NCBI GenBank assembly: GCA_977017575.1
Contig: CDRNVI010000044.1
Location: 248,001 to 312,000 of the forward strand
DNA length: 64,000 bases
Direction of reading: 5' to 3'
Source of the DNA: Paramoeba atlantica
Lineage: Eukaryota; Protista; Discosea
Positions 21,819 through 32,094 of the stretch are shown here, in pieces. The stretch's first letter is position 1, and each line of letters begins with the position of its first letter. A model generated the notes under the pieces. It was not told where the DNA came from, ran no database searches, and worked only from the letters and a program-made list of their open reading frames with translations. Both the position numbers and the translations under genes were made by a program.

Positions 21819-22190
21819 ATGTCTTCAAACGCGTTAGGCTCCTCGCTTGTGGGGTGTACAGTGCTTGTTCGCACTGTACACGGATTGCCACTTCCCCTTA
21901 CAGTCGAGTGGAGGAAACGTTGCAGTAGATTGACTCATTCAGCGGGGGAAGAACCAGTTCCTGTTCTTCGGGGCACGGTACGTTCCGTGGATGATCATTT
22001 AAATGTTGCACTAGAACACGTCACAGTAGAATCGGTTATTAGAAGAGCCGCGAATGAAATCGTCCTTCAAGAATCCGCAAACCGTCTCAGCTCGGTCAAA
22101 AATACAAAACGGACGAAACTTGATGAGATGGGTGTCACCCCTAGTATGCTGATACGCGGTAACAACGTTCTTTACATTGAGCCATTGTAA
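21819..22190 (+). CDS. Sm/LSm-fold protein (LSm6/SmF-like)
   Basis: Sm1 motif GTVRSVDDHLNVALE and Sm2 motif LIRGNNVLYI. Confidence 0.8.
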   Translation: MSSNALGSSLVGCTVLVRTVHGLPLPLTVEWRKRCSRLTHSAGEEPVPVLRGTVRSVDDHLNVALEHVTVESVIRRAANEIVLQESANRLSSVKNTKRTKLDEMGVTPSMLIRGNNVLYIEPL

Positions 22191-22890
22191 TCCATGTTTA
22201 TTTTAGATTTTATTTGTTTACACTCGCTGGGATGTACTCTTACGCCTTATCGTACTATTTACGTTCGCTCGCAAGCTCGGACATTTCTATCCTTAAACGC
22301 CTTCTCATTCCTACATTATTAGACGTAGATAATTTTTTTTGCAACTACTACCTCCAATTAAGCCAGGAACCAAACATTGTGAGTTGCATACGGATAAGAT
22401 GCTGCAAAGGCTCATGAAATTGCACGTTTTTGTTCCGTATTTGACTTGAACTGCTACTGGATTTTATCAGTCATAAAAATAGTTACGTAAAGTGAATCTC
22501 CGTCCACCCGTTTACTTAATTCAGGTCAATATAAACCACTGTTCGGGTTAATGTTCCCATTTGGAATATTAAGAGGTTATACGAGTATTACGAGGTATAG
22601 AAATGGCCAACAAGGCCATTTCTATTGGCCACTATTGGCCAACATAGAAATATTAAAAAGAGTAGCCAAAAATTATTTTTTTTAGTCCGGACGGTCCGTT
22701 AGAAGCATGACCAATAGGAAATAATGAAATGCATGCACCTTTCTTACCTGATGATAACCACGACCGGGCGATCTTACCCTCTCTGCAGAATGCCGAAAGG
22801 TCACAATGTGTACAAACAATAACACTGACATCAATTAATAACTTTGAACTTTTAAAAAAGAATGATTATTGTTACAGTGAAGTATTCAAA

Positions 22891-23201
22891 TACGAGTGGA
22901 TTATATTACGGTTATTTTTAATTAAGATTATTTTTAGCCCCGAAAAAAATACTTTTCTTTCATGTCTATCACCATCGACCTCACTTTAATACGAAACACA
23001 AACCTTTGTAAAATGATCACAGACGAATCCAATGGCTTGGGTGCTTAAAAGTTCCTCAAAAAGTGTGTTGAAAAAAAATTTGTTCAAGTGTGTTCAAAAA
23101 TTCCTAGGGGGGGTTCACACCTTTTTTTTTAAAAGGAAAAAATATTATTAATTTACGAGTGGATTATATTACGGTTAATTTAATTAAGATTAATTTTAGC
23201 C
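22891..23201. repeat. Pair of ~48-bp direct repeats
   Basis: tacgagtggattatattacggtta(t/a)ttt..aattaagatta(t/a)ttttagcc at 22891 and again at 23154. Confidence 0.8.
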
Positions 23202-23770
23202 GAAAATAACCTTAAAAGCGTAATTAAATAATACCGTAATTAAATATAATACTGTACTTTAGACTAGTTTGAGTTTCAAGGGATGAAAGTTACTTTAAAG
23301 TTTTAGGAATTTTTTTACTATAAAACTTTCAAAAACGTTTTTTTTCTGATAATCCAAAAATTCGGTAGAGTAGAACTTCCATTTTCTTCGAGACCTTTTC
23401 TTTGCTTTCTAAGTTCAGGTTACCTGTTATTGAAGGAAAGTGACAAGCGAAGGAGGGTGAAAGGGAGGTAAGGAGGTGAAGGATCTCGTGTCATGCAAAG
23501 TATTTTCCAAGCAAAGTGTTTTTCTTCATTGAGTTATGTGCCCGTTAGAAAGGAATGTGCCTAAATTTCGTAATAATATTTTACATAAAGATGTACTCTT
23601 CTGTAAGACGCTACAATACTATAGCGATTTGATAGAGCAGTACAATATCTAGAGAGACCAAAGGAAAAAAATTCCTACTGCGAGATGAAGCCATTTCTTC
23701 GTGCTGATTCACTTTTTGCTCTTCGGCCTTCTCAAGGGTGCTTCCTGGGAACTTCGCTTCCTTCTCCACA

Positions 23771-24542
23771 TACAGGAGATGGCACGAAAATATGGGGGGG
23801 TCAAAATTTTTATAACTTGTCCAATTTTGAAAAGTAGTACCGCATTCGAGAGCTCTCGCTGATATACGTGTCACCTGATAATGCGTTTCCCGTATTCAGG
23901 AGGGTAGGTCCCTATGCCAAAGGGGCTGAAAACACCAATTGCAAGTTTCAAAATTTGAAAAATACCTCATTTAATATCCACAATGTCCTCCATTTTTTTG
24001 TTAACGAAATCTTAATACGAGTTGGAACTGTCCTTAAAGTGTCTAAAAATGATTTTTTCTGTTCTCCTTTCAACAATTCAATCCCATATGCGATCGCCGA
24101 TCGCAACTCTGACCGATTTGTGGGGAATAATGAGCTTTTGTGGGCATCAGTTATCCCACAAATATTTTCTTCGCACTTCCTTAGTATGTGGTGGGTGACT
24201 TTAAGCTGTCCCCGAGTTCTGTAACAATTCCGATCACGGTGCTGTACACCCTTGCTATTGGATTAATCCTGTTTCTGCGAGATAGCGAGGCGGAAAGGTA
24301 AACAAATAGAAGGAAACTACCTAAAATATCGAAAAAATCGAAGAATCTGAAGAAAATTGCAAGTTCCAAAAACGTTTTTTTTTGTCCCGAAATTAAAAAA
24401 TTAAAAAGACGGGAAACGCAGTATCAGGTGACACGTACATGTGGATATCTCCGCGAGAGCTCTCGAATGCGGTGCTACTTTCCAAAATTGGACAATTTAT
24501 AAGAATTTTGACGCCCCCCATATTTTTGCGCCACCCCCTGTA
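23771..24542. mobile_element. Tc1/mariner-type non-autonomous element with ~110-bp TIRs and TA TSD
   Basis: ta-caggagatggcacgaaaatatggggg...gtgtcacctgata (23771-23880) is an imperfect inverted copy of tatcaggtgacac...cccccatatttttgcgccaccccctg-ta (24422-24542). No transposase ORF inside. Confidence 0.8.
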
Positions 24543-26245
24543 AATCAAAGGAAGCTTGAGAGTCGCATCCTTTTATGGTCGGAGACTACTAGGCTGAGGA
24601 CCATCTCTAGGACCATCTCTAGGATCGGTTGCAGGAAAACACAAAAGTAAACGGTGAAAAGTGTAGAGCCTTGTTATTGTATGTGTGTATAATGCCATTG
24701 TTATAATATACATTATTTTTGTATATTTATAAGGAAACTACCTAAAATATCGAAAAAATCGAAGAATCTGACGAAAGTGTCCAATAAGGCGTCACAAAAT
24801 TTGTCTGAGTTTGTTTTACTCAGTTTCAGCCCTTTAAGTGTCCCTAGGTATAATAGCCTTTCTTTGCAAAAAGGGTAAAGAAAATTTCTCCAGCCTCATA
24901 ATGCTCCGCATGCAGGGTTCAAGTGAATGGACAAGACACGCGGTATACGCAAAAAAAAGTTGAATTATTTCTCCCTTTCTTCCCTACACGATCTTCTCTG
25001 CCATGGGAGGGCGCCCCCCTCAAACACTCTCCATCTGGTCGACATCCCCCCATCATCTCTCGTCCCACCATCCCTCCGCACCGCATCCCCCCACCCCATC
25101 CTTCCTCCGCAGTGCGCTTGTCCCTCTGTGTTTCTCTCTAGCGTCCCCCACCCCCGTGCGAGCAGTCAAAGGTATACAATACTTGTTCACGGGGTGGGGG
25201 CAGAGGTCCTGGCAGATAGGCTCGTGCGTCGCCTCCTCTTGCCCTCGTGTCGGTCGCCCCGTGTCAGCGTAACGGCGTCATTGCCTTTTGCGACCTCCAA
25301 GTCTCCCACCCTCGTACAGCAACCCAAAGTTTCTAATACTGCTAATCGGGTGGGAGCGGAGGTCTGGGACCATATGGGCGTGAGTGCGTATGGATCGGTG
25401 AGTGGTAGTGAGTTGTTGTTCAGTGGGGTAGGTATAATATTTTTTCTGAGATTATCATTATTATCATCATTATCATTATTTATGAACGCAATAAGGGGTG
25501 ATCAAAAACAAACTTACATCTGCGTAGTATTTTTTTGTCTACGGAGGACAATTCTTTGTCTACGAAGGGAAGACAAGATTAAAGACAAGATTAAATCGTA
25601 CCCATTTAGTATGCCATTAAAGAGATTATGGAAAAAACCTCGAGCTGACATGGAGGAGTAACGATGGAATGAAAAGTTTCTGATAATTTTTGAGTAATTT
25701 TCACAGTCCGAGGTAAAAATCTTTTTTAAATTATCATTATTAATGAAAGGGGGTGTAGTTTACCTTCCGATTATCTCGCAATGCTATTCCTATCCCGCCC
25801 CCTGTCTCAACCTTGGGGCCGCGGCTCCGCTGCAACATGGGGTGAAGAAACTGGAGTAGAAAATAACAACAACGTATGTGGGAATCATTGTATTTCCTTG
25901 TTTTGCCAGTAGTTCAAGTATACGCACTAAAACCTGCGCTGTGCAGGGTGTTTCTGCCCACTCCTTCCAGAGAGCATGGTGCACACTCGTATCGTCGATT
26001 TCTAATAAGGCAGTTGTCATGAAAGGCCAATGTTGGCGATAGGCCCAAAGAGCTCGTTCTGCAACTACCGCTTCTCCTTCGTTCCATGGGGCTCCAGTTC
26101 CATACACCGAACCATCCAAAAAAAAGCGGGGTCTTTGGCAGGGGCATAAACCCCTACTCACCGTGTCGCTATGGCGAAATAACACGGTGCAAAGAGGAAT
26201 GGATGAACGTCACGCTGACAGCACCTATTCTCGCGCCTTGTCTCA

Positions 26246-29200
26246 TTTTTAATTTATCATACCTTTATAAGGCAGAGAATATGCGGATAGGCCTGGGGGG
26301 CGCATATGACGCTGCCCAGACCTATCTTTTACAGACGTTATACCCGTCCTTCTGTCCAAACGGCAGACTCGCGGTTCTGCCAGATGATGAAACTGCCTCG
26401 AAGGGCGGTCTGCATTAGACTTTCTCGACATTTTTCCGCAAGCTTTGTGTCCTCGTCAAAGAGGAGATTGAGGTTTCGACAAGATGTGAGTAACGAGCCG
26501 CGGGCTCCCACTTCGAATACAACAAGGGTCGTCCTAGGGTGATTAATGCGTCGTTCATGGAAGAGAGCATTATATTTACGGGATTTGCCCTCGTGCGCCT
26601 GAGACTGGTTCTCTTCCCAGGGCACAGTGAGCTCAATGATGAACTCACTTCCATCCTTAAGTGTAATCAAACCGTCGGGGCGAAGAAGGTCCTCACGGGT
26701 GCCGAGCCATGCCGGGGCATTCCTAAATCCGGGGATATCTAGGTGTACGCTCTTGGTATACGGCGAACGCAGCAAGTGTTTTCCGAGCTCTTCAAGTAAC
26801 ATGTCATGACGGAGGGTGTATCTCCCTTGCTGAAGGGACTCTTTGCACCCCGAGAGCACGTGCCTTGTTTGAGGTTCGAGTTTACATATGGGACGTTACA
26901 CTCGCACGCCGGAGACCCCAAAGCCGAAGATTGGTTCTGGATGGTAGGGGTGAAAGCGTTAGTACTGAAGCTGCGAAGCGAGAAAGTTTTTCACTGTTGA
27001 GGTTGTTCAGGGCCGCTGAGAACTCTTTCGCGAGATCAGCCTCGGAGGGGAGGCTCCACCATTTTGCTGCTGTCGGTGCCCGTCTCTGAAGCTGATTTAT
27101 GACGTAAGATTCATGGTGATCACGGGCTATCTGTTGCGCCTTCCGCGCGTCATGAAGGTGTTGAATGGCGTCAGCGCTTGGACGAATATAACCAGAGGAT
27201 CGTTTTTCTTCTTCTTGCTTGATTCGGGCTCGTAGTGCCGCCTGTATCGATGGGTCCCGCGACTTGTGCATCTGTGTTAAGGCTAGGATAGAGCATTCCG
27301 ACCACAGCTTGGATAAACTCTTAAGGTTCCACCCTCGTTCAGTATAAAGAATTTCGGTGCAAGTCGTGGATGCTGCATTGATCCATTTCTTAAGGTGACG
27401 TGTAATTCTTTTCTGCAATCGCAATACAAAGTTGAAAGTGACACACAGGTGAACGGTGAGGGCGTAGCGCAGACGGGATACGATCGCTCTGTTGTAGATC
27501 CAAAGTTTTTCGGGGAGACTGTGTGCACTCTCGTCGACATTCCGAAGCCATGTTCTTAGTCTGACATCCAGCTTTTTGAAAAGTTCTTTCGCTTGCTGTG
27601 CTCCTGGTGCTATGGTCATTCCAAGAAAAGTGCTTCCACGGTCACATATATGTGGTATCGCTTTGCCTTCGATACTGAGTCTCGGCTTCCTGGTCATGTA
27701 CCCCGGGTGCTCACTGCCTTCACGCATGGACATGCACTGTGTACGGCTCTTGTCTACGTTGATTGAGAGTCCTATTCGTCTCAGTGCAGTTTCGAGTGTG
27801 TTGGTCGCGTGCTGCATGTCGGTATCGCTGCTAGTCAGTATCGTCAGGTCGTCAACGTAGGCTTTCAGGAAATGCCTTGGAGTATCTGGGTAGTCAAGGC
27901 CATACCGGGGGCACGATTGCTTGAGGTATCGTAGTACAGTTTCCATCACTAAGTTGAAAATTATGGGCGACAGGGTATCACCTTGTAGTACGCCTCTGTG
28001 TATCGGTATAGCACGTGACAAACTTTCGACACACTTAATACGCATTTCCGCATGTGAATACATGCTTTCAACGTAGGACACGATTTGTGGCGAGACGTTT
28101 GCCCATCGCAGTGCCTCGAAGATGATGCTATGGGGGACCGAGCCGAATGCATTGCTGAGATCAAACTGCGTGAGACAATATTGCCTTTTGTTTAGGCGGT
28201 AGTATTGTAGTATTTCGGAGAGAGCTTGCGTGTGTTCCAGTGTACCACTCATCTTCTGAAGAAAGCCTTTTTGAACGCTTGTATCTAGGAGGCCGGAGGA
28301 CACGGTATGCGTCAAAATTTGGTGTCCGATCATGCTATTGAAAAGTTTGCCTAGAGCGCTAGTCAGGGAAATAGGTCTCCAGTTTTTCGGGATGTGTTTT
28401 TCGCCTCCTTTGTGAATGAGTTTAACTACGGCGGAGGACCAGCATGGCGGGCAGACGCCGTAGCGCAGAAGATCATTAAACGTGTTCGCTATACGGGAGT
28501 ACAGGTATTTGCATTGTTTTAGAAGTGCGTTTGTAATCGTATCACGCCCTGGCGCGCTTGCGCTTCTTTTGCTGCTGAGCGCGTCTGCGACATCTTGCGC
28601 GGTCAGTGGAGACCATTCCATTTCTTTGATGGGTATAGGACCAAGTACGTTGTTCGGCGGCAGGCGATGCTCTTCGGCGGGAGGTGCTGTGCTTTCTGTG
28701 AAATATTTTTCTATCGTAGGTAAATCGCATTCAGGATATTCGGCGGCGGCGGAGGTCGAGGGGCGGTCCAAGGCCTCGGATGCTGCTGTCCACGGGTTCC
28801 GCGTGAATCTGCTATGGGCCCATTGTCTTTCTAGCTGTTTCCTATGTGCTTTGGCCTCTTCTGTGTATGTTTTCTCTAGCTTCTCACTTTCCTTAATGCA
28901 GCGACGGAGCTCTTGGCGTTCCGTTCCGTGTGTGTAGCGTAGTGATTTCTTTGGGTTGCGTATGTGTTTCGTCATTTCGTGGGCTACATTTTCAGACGAA
29001 AGTGGCCGGTGCTTGAATCGGGCGTGTCCGCGTTTCGATCGCGTGAGGAAACCTTTAGTGGGGTTAATCTCTTGTGCAATTTCGCATGCCGCCACTGCCA
29101 GAGAGGCACCCAGGAGTTCTGCGTTTTTCACTGCGATTTCCGGGGTGTCTACTATTGGATATTGCAGCCTTCGGCATGTATCGTATGCCTTGTTTTCAAC

Positions 29201-31270
29201 CGCCTTCCATTGATCGTCGTTGAGCTTTAGGCACATTTTTCCTCCTGTTATGGTTTTGTGTTGTTCAAGCAGATGGAGGCGCTCCCTTTCGCTGGTTTCA
29301 TCCCATGATGGAACTCGAAGTTCCGTAGTGTGCGAAGGAGGAGGAAGAGGAGAAGGTCGGACGAGGGGCTCATTGTACCTAAGCGGTCCATATATTTTAC
29401 AGCATTTATGCAGACAGCGTAGTTTGGCCGAGCATCGGTGACGACATGGTTCCACGTGTACGGTGTTCTGTGGGTAATGCGCTGCACTGCTAGGCGTCGC
29501 GTCAGGGAGTGGCGCAGGGTTGTGCATAGTGCTATCTTTGTTGTCAGTGCACGTCGCATCCGTTATTTGCACAGTATGTTGGTTCCCGTTTGTTGGTCCG
29601 TTGATGCTAGTATTGGGAAGACGGTAGAAGTTTATAACGTTACGCATGGCCCAACCAGCCAATTTAGCAGCTTTCAGTAGGAAATCACTATCGTTGTCGT
29701 TGAGGTTTGGTGTTACGGAGTTCTGGTTGACGTCGGCCCCCTCTGTTTGGGTTCCCTCGGCAGGTGGGACCATTTGGACATCAGGTGGAGGTTGTGTTGC
29801 CGGGTTTAACCCGCGTTCTAAAGTTGTATGAGCGCCCTCCCGTGATATTGCGTTGCATAGCTTCGTTTGTAGATTTTCATTTGTAGAAGTCGCGGAAGTT
29901 GGAAAGTCCAGATGCGAAGATTTAATGCCTCGTTTACAACATAGATGTCCGCACGTAGCTTTGTTCTTGCAGGAATGACGACATGGATGCGGGGCGGAAG
30001 GTTCATCATGTACGGTAGGTTTGCGGTGACCGTTCAACGCATGTGTGTTGCATTTTGTATGTGTCGCAGGTTCCGAAGAGGTGCTTTCCGGCGTATATTT
30101 ACTTGGATCTCCTGGGTTGGTGTTATTTGCGGTTCCTTCTGGGACGATCTCAGGTGGCAGTGCTCCTTCTGATGAGCAATATGTAGCGTCCTCACTCGGC
30201 AGCGGTCCATAGATTTTACAGCACTTGTGAGCACAGGAGAGTTTGCTCAATCAGCGGTGCTTGCACGGTCCCTTGTGTTGATCAGTTTTACCCTTCTGGG
30301 GCTTTGGCGTTCGTGGGGGAGCGATTTTATGAGGAGATTCTTCTATCCTGCGCGGCTTCTCATATTCCGCGGTTTCAGTGCTTGGTGTTTCCTGGTTTCT
30401 TATGAGCTCGATTTTTATGTGCTTCAGTCCCGATATTTCTCTTCCCTGTAAGGCCTTCAGGACTGCCTTATTGAGCGTGCTTGGGGTGGAATACTTGTCT
30501 CGCAGGCTGAGGGCAGGGTCGGCGTGCATCGAGACCCAGTTTGGGTGCAGGGAGATGGTGTAGGGGTGTTCATTCCTCGTAACCTTTATATAGTCGCACG
30601 CGTTATGCTCCACGAGCTCCTCAAAGGTGGTGTGTTCAGCTACGAGATCGTGTGCTGATGCACACTTACTCAGCAGTTTCGTGATAGCTACTTCCGCACC
30701 TTGTCGGGATGGAATTCTTTGTCTGACTATGGACCATTGGCTCGCGGTCTTAATGTCCGGGAAATACGTCCAATGCAGATCAGTGAGGCGTCGTATCTTA
30801 ACGGGGATCTGCTGTGGACGAAGTGCAGGGTTTGCGTCTGTACGCCGCCGGAAGCTCGAGGGAGGTCCGGCAGCGCATCGTCAACATTCCGCGGAGAAGT
30901 GGGATTGTCGGACATGTTGGAGATACAGTTTAGAAAGAAAAAAAAAATCAACAAGGTACAGAAACTGTATAATATAATAATATAATAATATAAATGTAGT
31001 GAGGTTCTCCAATGTGAGGTAGGTGAGGTAGGTCGATGCCGACAGGGTCTCTGCTCACGCCTAGCACTTACGGGCGAGGTACTCCAAGTGAGGTAGGACA
31101 TGGGTCAGGAACTATGTTCCTCTCCGTCGGCCAGCATCCTGTTTCGCAACCGGGCTGCTGTCAGCACAGACCCCCCGTATAACAAAGGCCCTCCCGTATA
31201 ACAAGAGAAGGGTTACCAGTGCAGGCTCGGGTGAGGTCGAAAGACCCGGTCCGGAACTGCGCGAATGGCC
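26246..31270 (-). mobile_element. Decayed RLE non-LTR retrotransposon (HERO/NeSL-like, R2 superfamily)
   Basis: RT motifs APGRD, NWRPISL, QKGF, DLSNAFGSV, GVLQGDTLSP, YVDD; CCHC knuckle (R/C)PIC...HVLSGC, GRYTLRHD, PD...IIELTVPWEE..K..KY. Lesions: in-frame TGA at 30251-30253, a frameshift near 26890 and a probable one near 30850. Both boundaries are approximate. Confidence 0.88.
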
Positions 31271-31767
31271 ATTTTATTGCTATTTATTGCTAATTTTATT
31301 GCTATTTTATTGCTTATTGTTTCGGGTTTATATTTAGAGGAGATCGTGGATTATCATATCCAGTGCACCAACATTTTTGCATATCCAGTGCACCAAGATT
31401 ATTTATAAAAAAAGGACTTTATTGAACACTAAAATGATTGGTATAATTTTCTACATGGAACTGGCATTAGACATCAGAAAAGACGACTTGGAAACTTAAA
31501 CAAGCATACTGGTGAGAGACAAAGCATTGGTCTGGACCTTCCAGAAATAATACTTTCTACGGTCAAAGTGAAGCATCATTGCGCCTTTTCTGGAAAAAAA
31601 TAAATGAAGATTTTTTTTAGGTTTATGGGTCGCTAGTACTTATTTCTTTTGATTTCGCTTTTTTAAAGGATTTAAAAAAAGCGCTTAAAAGGATTTTAAA
31701 AAGCGCCTTATAAAGGATTTCCCCCGCTATTTCCGATCTTCAGATCATTGACGACTTCTCGGCTAAA

Positions 31768-32010
31768 CTATGGTCGATTTTTTCTTTCTTCATCAAAGCA
31801 CCCAAGGGTCCCATTCCCACGGGATCGTACTGCCTTCTTGAGCATCTCATTCATGCGTTCAACAGTGTTGGTGTGCACCAAAGATTGTCGATGATTAACT
31901 GTCTCATGCCGCAACTCGTTTCCCAGCGAGCGACTCGATCGCCAGCAATCAGTGCGCGCTACGGTTCGTCTTCCAGCAGACAACTTAAATAATTGTTTTG
32001 TTGTGCGCAG
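31768..32010 (-). pseudogene. Merlin (IS1595/IS1016-like) DDE transposase C-terminal fragment
   Basis: TDCWRS..SL...LRHETVNH...VHTNTVERM..MLKK matches the Merlin/IS1595 pattern SDxWxxY..L...HxTVNH...HTNxIE. Confidence 0.8.
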
Positions 32011-32094
32011 TTCTTAGTGAAAAACCGTGAAAAAAGTTTGTATTTTTAATAATCTGACACTCTAAAAGAAAACATACTTGGTTCAAACCAATAT

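Noticed and set aside
25790-26185. ORF with FFLDGSVYG resembling an RNase H start
   Set aside because: The remaining RNase H catalytic motifs are not convincing and no associated domain is visible.
30251-30253. In-frame TGA exactly at a conserved Cys, and TGA at a Trp position at 60979-60981, suggesting stop-codon reassignment or selenocysteine
   Set aside because: Host genes here (UTP10, UBA4, ubiquitin) end in TGA, each case is one substitution from the expected codon, and the same elements carry other lesions.
31120-31270. Canonical HDV-like ribozyme, prompted by gcgaatggcc resembling J4/2-P2
   Set aside because: No consistent P1/P3/L3/P1.1 assignment on either strand, and this motif is antisense to the element. 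Kept only as a general structured-leader finding.
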